A DNA stretch of 64,000 bases. Origin: Camelus ferus (Eukaryota). This document shows positions 1 to 10,265 of the stretch, one piece after another. The first letter of the stretch is position 1. Every line of letters starts with the position of its first letter. Location of the stretch: positions 101,246,001-101,310,000 of the forward strand of contig NC_045698.1 of the NCBI RefSeq assembly GCF_009834535.1, given 5' to 3'. The notes below the pieces were generated by a model. That model was not told where the DNA came from. It saw only the letters and a list, made by a program, of their open reading frames with translations, and did not search any database. A program made the position numbers and the translations under genes.

Positions 1-110
1 TTTTACAGATGAGGACAGAAGTGATGCTGGGTGCTGCACTGCTGTGGCCCAAATCACCAAGATGCTAAATGGCCCAGTTCAAGATATTTGACTTCCAAAT
101 CAGTGTTTTT
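1..110 (-). mobile_element. MIR SINE fragment
   Basis: Begins TTTTACAGATGAGGA, the reverse-strand MIR core, followed by a decayed MIR 5' region. Confidence 0.5.
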
Positions 111-475
111 TCCCAAATACTCTTCCCATCCTCCTCATCTTGTTACTTCAGCTTCTTATTGTTCATCAGACTGCCTCTCAAATTTGAGATCTTGAGGAAA
201 CCAAATAAATTGTCTCTTATCCCAATGTGAGAAGCCCCAGAGCATCTGCTTTTTCCACAGTCATGCATATGGCCCGGGTGAGTTGCAAAGAGGTGGTGTT
301 CTAAATAATTTAGAACATGCTTCATTGCTTTTAAAAAATTAACTAATGTTAAAACACTAAATTAAAAAAAAATTTCCTAGAGGATTCTTGGATCTCAAAG
401 TACATTTTGTATACATTCCTAGAGCCTGAAAAATACTGTTTTGTGTTTTTAATTGTTGTTTATTTTGGTTGACAG

Positions 476-547
476 TCTCATTCAGAGAAGGCAGACCCTT
501 CCTCTATCAACCCTGACCAATATCTACCAGCTCCACTATCTCCTCTT
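476..547 (+). other. Candidate 72-nt internal exon (gene unknown)
   Basis: T-rich acceptor ...TTTATTTTGGTTGACAG at 475 and donor CTT|GTAAGT at 548. Open in two frames (SHSEKADPSSINPDQYLPAPLSPL or LIQRRQTLPLSTLTNIYQLHYLL). No protein recognised. Confidence 0.25.
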
Positions 548-975
548 GTAAGTGCAGTGTCTGGAAGGTAGGAGGGAGAGTAGCCAGGATGCAGGGGCTG
601 ACGGAAATCCCGTGGGAGAGGTGAAGACAGGGGACTGCAGGTGAACGCTTCTCAGTTTTATAACATGCTGACATGTGAATTTTTTACAGAAGAGAAATAT
701 GAGTTACATAAAGTTAGTGACATATCCCAGATTTCTTGGTAAGCAGTACAGTTTTTAGTCCCATGCTGCCCCTCATTGCTGCAGTTAACCCCCAGTAAGT
801 GAGGACTTGTGAATTGTAGCCGCTTGATGGAGGGCTGTTGAATCTTGGTACTCAGAGCTCTGGATATGCTTGTCCAGAAAAGAAAACATCACTTACAGCA
901 TTAAGCCATTACCAGCATCATGAGATCATGCTATGTCTCTTTGAGGGAAACCTGTATGGATGGTAGTTTTATGTC

Positions 976-1020
976 TTTTTCATTTTCTTTTTCTTTTTTC
1001 TTTTTTTTTTTTTTTTTTTT
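976..1020. repeat. Poly-pyrimidine / poly(T) tract
   Basis: About 45 nt of almost pure T, ending in T20. Confidence 0.9.
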
Positions 1021-1639
1021 ACCTTTTTGATATTGCTGCAGACAGCAGTTATTACTGGTCCCCTCTACTGGACTTGGCCACTCTGTCCTGAGACCCTGAG
1101 ACATTTTGTTTGTTTATTAGAGTGGTATGAAGCTTGTATAAATTTTCCATACTAAATGCAACTACCCCTAAATCCAGGTTTGTAAGAAAAACTTATTGGT
1201 AAGAAGCAAGGCAATTGTATTTCAGTTTGAAATTAGGGTCTGGACACCATGGAAGTAAAATATATTTTCGAAATAGGTTACAAAGTGGAATGGAGTGTGT
1301 GTGTCTGATGGTTCATGGGTGAGAATGCTTGTGACCAGCAACTCATGTTACTGTCATTCGAAATGTTGAATGGAGAAGATTTTTGATCTTTATCTGTGCT
1401 CTCTGTCTCAGTCCTCACATCTCCCTCTTTCACTTGTGTGTAAGCATTTCTTGAGCATCCTGTGCAGGATACAGTCCTGTATAGGGTTGGGCAGACAGGA
1501 ATCCTGCCTTCAGGGCATCCACTCTCTGGTGAACAGAGACACTGCTTAGCCTGGCTGACAAACAGTCCAATATGATGTAACAAGCACAATAGCTGTGATG
1601 TGATTAATGTGCTATTTGGACAAAGAAAGGGGCCGTGCA

Positions 1640-2000
1640 GTTCTTCCTTTTCCAAGGAGTTGACACTGTAGTTGACCCTTAGAGAGGAAGCCTTCACCAG
1701 ACACAGAAGGAGAAGTTAAAGAAAGAACATTCTAGGCTGCAAGAATGACACACACGGTGATCTGAAGACATGAAAGTGCAAATCACGTTTGGAGAATAGG
1801 GAGTAATTTGTCCTGGCAAGAGAGGAGGGAGTATCTTGAGGAAGGGTTGTGAGCAGTGACACTGGGAAGGGAGGACAAGGCCACATCCAAGGAGTGTCTG
1901 TGCCGTGCTAATAGATTTGAACTTGATTTTGTAGATAATAAGGAGCCAGATGTTTGAAAGCAGGACCATAATATGATCATGTCTACTCTTCAAAATCAAG
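1640..2000 (-). mobile_element. L2 LINE fragment
   Basis: Purine-rich stretch resembling the reverse complement of the L2 3' region (GAACATTCTAGGC..., TTTGAACTTGATTTTGTAG...AAGGAGCC). Confidence 0.55.
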
Positions 2001-2853
2001 AACCTCAATAACAACCTTGGGCTGTTGATTCCATCCAGCCTGGGGACCGATACCAAGGGCAGGAGGAAGGTAATCAGGATGAGAATGTGAAGGGACTACG
2101 GGTGATAGAAAGCATGCAGGTTCATAGTTGGTACCATGAGAAGAAATACAGGCAGAGGAGGACAGCTGAGTAAATATAAGGGAATCAATGGTGTCAGGTG
2201 ACGCCCTCCCACCCCAACACACCTTGACACACATGTAACTCTCTTATTCTCGCCCCTGAAACTGGGGCTACTTGAACAATTCTTTTTGATTGCTCTTTCT
2301 GTCCCCAAGGCTTTTATTCCAGGTTTTCTGTCTTACAGCTAATTACTCTTCGGTTTCCGTGGTAGCAAAACCTAGCACACTGAGCACAGTCCCCACAGAG
2401 CCCTGAGCTGTGGATGTTAAAGTTTACGATAGAGCAATTCGGTTGTGCCCTGCCAGAGAAACAGAGACCCTTAATTTTTCATCTGCTTCATTGGCAGCAC
2501 TTGCTATGATTTCAGATCAAACAGCAGTGAAAAATTATTTTTGAATTATTTTAACACTTGAAATCTGAACATTGGAATGATTTATGAAAATACATCATCT
2601 GCCTTGGCACTAACGGGTTTTTGAGTCTCATCTTCCAACCATTTATTTTTAACCTCTCTGAATATCCCCTGCTTTGCTGATACCAACACTCACTTCTGAA
2701 GCCAGTGAGCTGTCTGCTTATAAATACTGAATCAACCAGCAAATCACATTTAATTAGACTTTGTTCATTCTACTTAGCTTTGAAGACAGGAACATGCCTT
2801 TTACACTGCACAAACCTTAGTCATCTAAATAGGAACAGACCTGATAAAATCTT

Positions 2854-2905
2854 TTTTTTAATATTTTTTTTTATTGAGTTATAGTCATTTTACAACGTTG
2901 TGTCA
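2854..2905 (-). mobile_element. Ultra-short 5'-truncated young L1 insertion (about 52 bp) with 10-bp TSD
   Basis: T-rich tail plus TTGAGTTATAGTCATTTTACAACGTTGTGTCAA, 32/33 identical to the reverse complement of the L1 end near 29510-29542. Flanked by ATAAAATCTT at 2844-2853 and 2906-2915. Confidence 0.85.
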
Positions 2906-3269
2906 ATAAAATCTTACTTAAATGTAGACCAGGGCTAATGTTTGCCACCTGCTTCTGCCAAACCTGAAGGAACCCTTGAATAGTGTCTGCCCCAACAAGC
3001 CACATTCAGACCTGGGTACGTTCTGGGGGAAGTAGAACCCAGTAAGCACACATTTGCTTTTGAGAAGTCTTTGATTATACTCCTGATGCTGGCCTGCCCG
3101 TGTGTCACTGCTCATTCTTCCCCTGCTCGGGGAGTATTCTGGCTTAATTACAGGTGAGCACAAACAGTGATTTCCAGGAACATTTATACTCATTCTGTGG
3201 CCAAGGGGGTGGCGCTAGAAGAAGTGTAAAGGAGCAAGGCAATGGTTAGAAATGGCGGGCAGAGATCGG

Positions 3270-3465
3270 TAGGATTCCTGCCACTGCTTCCCACTAGCTA
3301 CAGACTCAACATAATTTGCAATCTCTAAGCCCCGGTGGCTTTTTCACCTGTAAATTGAGCTTAATATATTGAACTTACTTTATGTCATTATTGTGAAAAT
3401 TAAATAAGATCATGCCTGTAAAAGTGTCAGACCAGTGCCTCATGTATAGTAAGAGCTCTGTAGTT
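3270..3465 (+). mobile_element. MIR SINE
   Basis: ...TTTTCACCTGTAAATTGAG...TTGTGAAAATTAAATAAGATCATGCCTGTAAAAGTG...CATGTATAGTAAG matches the MIR 3' half. Confidence 0.65.
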
Positions 3466-3999
3466 ATGTATATATTTTGTATTTATATCCATGCAAAATT
3501 ATTTGAGGGGTCAGAGAGAGAGTACTCTAGCTCCAGTGTTTCTTGGTAGTGCCCTTTTACCACTGGAGAACTTTCCTAGGTTTTAAGGGACTAACATTTA
3601 ATATTATTGAGTAATATGCAAATACTGAATTTCTATAGGTAGATACACATTCCTATGATCCAATTTATTTGAATAATAGCATGGAATAAAAGTAGTGGTT
3701 TTAAAACTTATCTGCTCTGGTAGTTGTTTTAGACACAAAAAAATCATAAAACAGCGATTTGCCTCTTGAAAAGAATTTAAGTTACTCAGAGATATAGACA
3801 TGATACATTTTCTTGACTTGAACTCACCCCCAATTACAAGACTTATCATATATTTGTAAGAGTTTTTTTGGTTGGAAAGAGAGCAAAGAAATATATCTAA
3901 TTAAAGATACATATTTTGATAATATGCTGAATTCTGATTTCATAAATCTTAAAATATGAAGAAAAAAGCAGCTTTTAGTTGAGAAAATATGGTAGGTAA

Positions 4000-4390
4000 A
4001 GATAAATACCTCATATATTATTTTTATTACCTAAAAATAATCATTATTAACCATTGGAATCTATTTCTAAGCTCTTTATAATATGCATAGTACATACACA
4101 CATGCACATATGTACATACACAATTTAATTTCATTTTATAAAAACAGGTACTATATCTGCTACAGAGGATGCTTGCTTAGAAACACTACATGTATTTAGC
4201 ATATAAAAAAACCTACCATACACACCATTTTGCAACAAAAAACAATTCTGTAAGTTGCTTTTATCACAGTATATCACAGACTTTTTATCAGTTTCATTAA
4301 ATATAGAGCTACTTAATTCTAAGAACTGCTGCTGATTATTATATATGTGTGCAGTTATTGATTTTATCGTTCTCTTATTGATATTGTACA
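4000..4390 (-). mobile_element. Old L1 (L1ME-like) 3' fragment
   Basis: AT-rich; CACACCATTTTGCAAC...GTTGCTTTTATCACAGTATATCACAGAC resembles the antisense L1ME 3' UTR. Confidence 0.4.
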
Positions 4391-4399
4391 GTAGATCTT

Positions 4400-4555
4400 A
4401 AGCTTTTATTATCATGGACTCTTGAGAATCTGATAATAGCTCTGGACCCTTTCAAGCATCCAAGATGTGCATATGTCTTGAGGGACTTTATGGTCCCCCT
4501 AGAGTTCACCCTTAGCCCCTCTCCACCCATCACCTATAACCAGTTAAAACCCTCG
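4400..4555. mobile_element. Ancient hAT-type MITE fragment (family uncertain), inverted relative to 8348-8540
   Basis: CTCTTGAGAATCTGATAATAGCTCTGGACCCT...CAGTTAAAACCCTC is the reverse complement of motifs in 8348-8540. Confidence 0.4.
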
Positions 4556-4932
4556 GAGCCCCTAAACGCTGCAGAAATTACCTGCCATATTTAATCACAT
4601 GCAAAACAATAATAAACTAAAACACAAAGCTTTAATATATGTTGAAATTAAAATTATTTTAGTTCTAGATATTATAATTGCAAAATTTGGAGTACACTCC
4701 TTGAAATTAGAATGAAATCATTTACGAAAATTTCTGCTCTGCTGGGTCTGAAGTATGTGCTCAGTTGATCTCTTGGTTAATATAAAAATAACCTTCACCT
4801 GTGAACCAGACCTCAAAGTGAGTTGCTAAGAGAGTTTAATATAACTTACAAATCAGTACGTGCCCTGCTACTCTAGGGTGTAAGTTTCAAATTTTCTTTT
4901 AAAGCACCATGTATTTGAAAGTATTAGAGCCA

Positions 4933-5150
4933 ATAATACCTAACATTTACTGAGGACTCAACATGTCCTAGGATATTTATGAAGTACTTTACCTGCCTTA
5001 TCCTATTTGGTTCCCACAACATGCCCAGGAGTTAGGGTGATTTTATCAATCTAATGTCATAGATGAGGGAACCTAGTTTTATAGAGATGAAGTGAATTGC
5101 CCCATGTTACACATCTAGAAAGTTCTGGAGTCAGAAAATAAACCTATTGC
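4933..5150 (-). mobile_element. MIR SINE
   Basis: TAACATTTACTGAGGACTC...CATAGATGAGGGAACCTAG...GTGAATTGCCCCATGTTACAC. Confidence 0.65.
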
Positions 5151-5779
5151 TGCCATGTTGATGGCCTGCCCTCTGCCCATTCTACAGATTGGCACTTTCC
5201 GATGACAACAGAATTGACCACATTATTTGAGATCTAGGTCTCTGGTTAGCTCCCCTCCATATGGCCTTAACTTTGCAGATCAAAACACATATATAAACAA
5301 CATCAAAAGAGAAAAATACATCCCCAAATTTATGTTTTTGTTAGTTCAGAGGCTTAGAGAAGGAATTTTCAGAAGGTGGCCATTTTTCAGTTAAGGAATA
5401 TCAAATCTCCAGACTAACTCTCAACTTAAGTTTTTATGTTAGGAAGTGTGAAGCTTCTGGAAGAGTGCTGCCCCTTGGGAAGAGACAGGTCATAGAAACA
5501 TGGTGGGCTAGAAGTTAGAAGACCCACCGAACATGGTGTTCCTCTTACCGTCAGTGGTCCTTGGTTTCCTTCCATAAAATGGTGATTGCTGGTACAATCC
5601 AATATCGTCTCACTGTTCTCAGTTAATGTGTCCTCCTGCATATCATTTCTTTTTTTCTCTTTCTTTTTTAACCTACCATTTTTCTGTACTTTCTGACATT
5701 TGTTCCTTTGTAACCATTCTCTACTTTGAGTCTTCCTTTTTTGTTTTTTTTTTACCCCAGATTTGTTCAGACCAGTCTC

Positions 5780-6195
5780 AGGCATGTGTTAGAAATACAC
5801 CATGCTGATTTCTGCCCTTTCTTTCCCCCTCAAGCTATTCTCCTTGCCCAGAATGCCCTTCCTGTTCTGTTCTCCCTATTAAAATCCCATCTATTTTTCT
5901 AAATCAGCTTAAGTCTAGTAAGGTCAGTCCATTTAGGAGAAATACCTCTGTAGCTTCTGAGACACTGAAAGGAGAAATTTTACCCTTTGTTGACCTCTCT
6001 CTCAGGAGCTTGTAGAACACAATTAAATTCTCAGTTCTTCTGAGTTTATTGCTATCTTGTTTCATATGTGAGTGTCCTTTTCCTAAGAAGATTGCAAAAA
6101 TTTTAAAGCAGGGACCATGTCTTAGACTTCTGTAATTCCCACATAACTTAACATGATTAGAATCTACTACAGTTTTACTCAGTGAAACATGCACG
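5780..6195 (+). mobile_element. L2 LINE 3' end
   Basis: ...CTCCTTGCCCAGAATGCCCTTCC...GCAGGGACCATGTCTT...TTACTCAGTGAAAC. Confidence 0.55.
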
Positions 6196-6440
6196 TACTA
6201 TGGTCTAAATGTTTGTGTCCCCAAAAGTTTGTATGTTGAAATTCTAAGCTCCAAAGGTAGTAGGTGGGGTGTTTAGGAAGTGATACAATTATGAGGGTAT
6301 AATCCTGGTGAATGGGATTAGTGCTCTTAGAAAAGAGTTTTCAGAGAGACTTCTAGTCCCTTCTGCCACGTGAGGATATGATAGAAGTCTGCAACCCAGA
6401 AGAGGGCCCTCACCTGACTGAGCTGGAAATGCCCTCTCAT
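6196..6440 (+). mobile_element. MLT1A-like MaLR LTR (3'-truncated)
   Basis: TACTATGGTCTAAATGTTTGTGTCCCC...GAATGGGATTAGTGCTCTT...CTTCTGCCACGTGAGGA...GGGCCCTCACC. Confidence 0.75.
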
Positions 6441-6564
6441 CTCAGGGGTTACTCTAGAATGTAATGTATGTCCAAGTAGGATCAGAATCTGTGGCCTTTT
6501 CTTGAAATTTGGACCTTTTTGGGGCAAACTGTAGCAGGGAAGAAAGTGATAAAACACTGTAGCC

Positions 6565-6750
6565 ATCGAATTTATTGAGTATGTCTGGTGCCGGGCGCTG
6601 TCTAAATAAGGTAAAACCAAGGTGTGTTCTGTCTCTCTGTTAGCTCACAGCTCAGTGGGTGTTGCAATAACTGATGGAACAGGGGATTGTCCTGGAGATT
6701 GCACAGAGGAGGTGGTATGTGAGCTGGGCCTTGGAAAATAAGCACATGGT
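6565..6750 (-). mobile_element. L2 fragment
   Basis: TTTATTGAGTATGTCTGGTGCCGGGCGCTG...GAGGAGGTGGTATGTGAGCTGGGCCTTG. Confidence 0.55.
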
Positions 6751-6829
6751 TGTTTATAATAAAAATAAGAAGGAAGCAACGAAACATGTTTTAGCTTTGC
6801 CTTTTTAGGTCACCCATCATTACCTGCCC

Positions 6830-6945
6830 AGGGTAAGAGGTATGTTAAGAGGTAGACTCCTAGACTCCACCCCAGACCGACTGAGATGAAACCTATAGGG
6901 GTTGGACACAGGCATTTATTCTCATAACAAGCAGAGGCTCAGAAG
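6830..6945. mobile_element. MER5-like hAT MITE fragment
   Basis: CTCCACCCCAGACCGACTGAGATGAAACCTATAGGGGTTGGACACAGGCATT resembles the MER5A centre. Confidence 0.45.
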
Positions 6946-7110
6946 TGGTAAGGGATTTAAGTTGCTTCCACTTTTGGAAACTCCTGACATATTCAAATTG
7001 AAAAGACACCACAACAGGGGGGCCAAATTTGTGACTTTTAATAGGTTTTCATGTAGCAAATTAATACTTCTAACACATTTCAAAATAGAATGACTATATA
7101 TATAATCTTA

Positions 7111-7233
7111 GGCAGGCAAGGGTACAGCTCAGTGGTAGAGTGCGTGCTTAGCATGCACAAGGTCCTGGGTTCAGTCCCCAGTACCTCCATTAAAGTAAAT
7201 AAATAAACCTAATTCCTCCCCACCAAAAAAAAA
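7111..7233 (+). mobile_element. Camelid tRNA-Ala-derived SINE (vic-1-like)
   Basis: GGGTACAGCTCAGTGGTAGAGTGCGTGCTTAGCATGCACAAGGTCCTGGGTTCAGTCCCCAGTACCTCCA, a tRNA-Ala(AGC)-like head with A and B boxes. Followed by TAAATAAATAAACCTAATT-C-rich-A9 tail. Confidence 0.85.
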
Positions 7234-7475
7234 TTAATGTCAATTGCTGATAGCACAAAAAGTTAACACTTGAGGCCTTTTGTAAATGTGGGACCTTGAG
7301 GCAAATGACACTCCAGGTTCCTGCCCCCTCTCTATTGTTTCTATTAACATATTCCTCAGGGGTGTCATGCAGGTTACCAAGCGTTAATCTAGAGACCTGC
7401 ATTTGGGGCTGGCTGTGTGGTTGTCCACCCTTAGTATACAGAGGAAACTGAGGCTGAGAAGTTTCAGAAAGTGAG

Positions 7476-7590
7476 ATGTGTGTGGGTGTGGGTGTGTCTG
7501 TGTGTGTGTGTACACACATATATGAAATGTATATTTATCTATATATGATACATATTTTCTCTACATATATATAAAATCTCACACACACAT
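7476..7590. repeat. (GT)n/(TA)n/(CA)n compound low-complexity repeat
   Basis: Directly visible dinucleotide runs. Confidence 0.8.
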
Positions 7591-8136
7591 TAATAGAATC
7601 ACAAAACTTTCTGGATAAAAGGATCTTTGCAATCAAGTGTCCATTTCCTCATTTTCCAAATGAGAAGAAGATGCTGAGGGTGCAGTGCGTGCTTAATAAC
7701 TAGACTTACTGAATTGGAAACCACACTTCTCCAGGTGCTTAATATGCCCTGTCTCTGTAGGACTGATTATAAATGGAACAGCCTCCCAGAATGTTTCTCA
7801 CAGTTTAGGTTACAAGTTCTCCTCATTACCAACGCTTCAGGATGTTTTCTGCAGAATCGTTTCGCGCGACACCTGTCAGGCGGTGGCGTGAGGTTGTAGG
7901 GCTTGGGAGCAATTCAGTGGATCCAGATTGTCCTGAGTGTCATTAACTCTCCTTTGTGAAGAGGATGGTTACCTCTGTCAACAGTTAAGAGCTTAGGCAG
8001 ATTCAAAGGGGAGTTTTGTGACTTTTATACTGCACTGCTTCACATTTTATTAAACTATTTTGCTATGTGTTGTAGACTCCTGGTTACATCCAATTTCTAT
8101 CCTTTATGTGAGGTTTTCATGCTCATACCCCTAGAA

Positions 8137-8338
8137 GAGTGACCTCGACTAGGGGCAGTATTGCCCCCCAGGGGACATTTGGTGATGTCTGGAGACATTT
8201 TTGTTTTTCATAACTGGGGTTAGCATCTAGTGGGTAGAGGATAGGCATGCTGCTAAATGTCCTACAATGCACAGGACAGCCCCCAGTGAAAGGCGTTATT
8301 TAGCACAACATGTCAGCAGTCAGGTTTGAGAAATCTCG
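8137..8338 (+). mobile_element. MER20 hAT-Charlie MITE
   Basis: TTGCCCCCCAGGGGACATTTGGTGATGTCTGGAGACATTTT...CATCTAGTGGGTAGAGG...TCCTACAATGCACAGGACAGCCCC...TTTGAGAAATCTCG. Confidence 0.85.
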
Positions 8339-8347
8339 TTCTGGGAC

Positions 8348-8540
8348 CAGGGTTCTTAATCTCAGGGTCTTATTTGATAGTTGGAGTCTAGATGGACTTC
8401 AAAGAATTTATTGACCCCTCCCCCCCAAAAAATTGGGCGAAATTTTGTGTGTATGTCCATTGTCTGGAGGAAAAGGTCTATGATTTCCATCAGATTTTCA
8501 AATTCCTCAAAGGTGACAAATGACAAAACTTCTGTCCCTG
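8348..8540. mobile_element. Ancient hAT-type MITE (family uncertain)
   Basis: Starts CAGGGTTCTTAATCT (TIR-like); internal AAATTTTGTGTGTATGT...TTTCCATCAGATTTTCAAA. Confidence 0.5.
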
Positions 8541-8700
8541 TCAATTTCCATATCAAGGAGATTTCTCCATTGCTTTTTGTCCAATCATGCCTCTCACCTT
8601 TATTGAAAACTTATTTAGCATTGCTCTGTAAACGTGTCCAGAAGATGACAGAGAGGGTGACTATCTGTCCTAAGTTGCTTGTGAAATGACAGACCTAATT

Positions 8701-9611
8701 ATTATTATTTTTATTAAAGTATGGTTGTTTTATAATAGTGTGTTAGTTTCAGATGTACAGCAAAGTGACCCAGTTATGCATATATTATTTTCAGATTATT
8801 TTCCATCATAGGTTATTACAAGATACTGAATACAGTTCCCTGTGCTGTACAGTAAATCCTTTTTGCTTATCTATTTTGTGTTTGGTAGTTTGTATCTGCT
8901 GATCTCACACTCCTAATTTATCCCCCACCTACCCTTTCCCCTTTGGTAACCACAAGTTTGTTTTCTATGTTGTGAGCTTGTTTCTGTTTTGTATATAATT
9001 TGATTTGTATAATTTTTTAGATTTTGCATGTAAGTGATATAATGTGTCTTTCTCTGTCTGACATTTTGCTAAGTATGATAATCTCTAGATCTATCCATGT
9101 TGCTGCAAATGGCAATATTTCATTCTTTTTATCACTGAGTAATATTCCATTATGTGTATATCTAGAGAGAGAGAGAGATTTATATACCACACCGTCTTTA
9201 TCTGTTCATCTATTGATGGGCACTTGGATTGCTTCCATGTCTTGGTTATTGTAAATAGTGCTGCTGTGAACATTTTGGTGCATGTATCTTTTCTAATTAG
9301 AGTTTCTANNNNNNNNNNNNNNNNNNNNNNNNNNNNNNNNNNNNNNNNNNNNNNNNNNNNNNNNNNNNNNNNNNNNNNNNNNNNNNNNNNNNNNNNNNNN
9401 NNNNNNNNNNNNNNNNNNNNNNNNNNNNNNNNNNNNNNNNNNNNNNNNNNNNNNNNNNNNNNNNNNNCTCTCTGTTATTTATTGTTTGTAGACTTTTGAT
9501 GATAGCTATTCTGACCAGTGTGAGGCAATACCTTATTGTGGTTTTGATTTGCATTTCTCTAATAATTAGCAATGTTGAGCATCTTTTCATGTACCTGTTT
9601 ACCATCTGTAT
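8701..9611 (-). mobile_element. 5'-truncated L1 (ORF2 C-terminus + 3' UTR) with 11-bp TSD, spanning an assembly gap
   Basis: Minus-strand ORFs give [32 protein letters not shown] and FTAALFTITKTWKQSKCPS (L1 ORF2p C-terminal motifs). TSD CAGACCTAATT at 8690-8700 and 9612-9622. Confidence 0.9.
9309..9467. other. Assembly gap (159 N)
   Basis: N run. Confidence 1.
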
Positions 9612-10159
9612 CAGACCTAATTGTTGATAACATCCCCTTTCATTCTCAAGTGTGTCTGTTCCTGGTTTGGGTGGTGAGTTACCAGGTCACTAGTCCCATG
9701 TATTGTGTCCATTTCAAGTCTCTCCATGATTTCAGGAATTCCTCACTGCTGAGGCTTAAATTGTATGTTTAAAAAAATTGCATGCAGGGAAAATACACAA
9801 ATATACAGAGTCTCTTCATTGCTAACTTCCATCTCAGGCTATGCAATCCTTTTGGGGTATGGAAGGAGGAAAGTCTATATGACAAGTGCCACAATTACAT
9901 TAAATATTTTACTTAGGATATCTTTATATACTAAAACAGATAACATTTAGAAATCTCATTATGGATACAAAACACTTGCCAAATTAGGGTGTGTTCTTAT
10001 CACAGTCTGTGGCCTAGATAGCTAAGAAATCTGTAAGAAATTCAAAATACGCATACAGATTGGTCCCAAGAGAGACACATGTTACATGCTTTACTCTTAT
10101 TATGAGCTGGTGTTATTGGTTTGCGTATGTGTGTGTGAACATATTTATGTAGAAATTAC

Positions 10160-10265
10160 TCTTGGTCAAGTCACTTAACATTTTTCTGAATCCAAGAACA
10201 GAATTCTGTAAAATAAGGTAGTTGGGATAAATTTTCTTGAAGGCCCTTCCAGTCTAGAATTCTCT
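10160..10265 (+). mobile_element. MIR fragment
   Basis: CTTGGTCAAGTCACTTAAC...GAAGGCCCTTCCAGTCTAGAATTCT. Confidence 0.55.

Noticed and set aside
3540-4400. AT-rich block as a matrix-attachment region or foreign (viral) insert
   Set aside because: Partly explained by a decayed L1ME 3' end. There is no viral-like ORF, and AT richness alone is not evidence.
7120-7188. tRNA-Ala(AGC)-like sequence as a real tRNA gene (also 27465 and 29147)
   Set aside because: Each copy has stem-breaking substitutions, continues into the same SINE tail, and two have TSDs. These are SINEs, not tRNA genes.
9091-9605. ORFs with clear protein similarity (MFTAALFTITKTW..., [18 protein letters not shown]...)
   Set aside because: Broken L1 ORF2p C-terminal remnants inside a truncated L1, not host genes. 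The same applies to 55283-55489.
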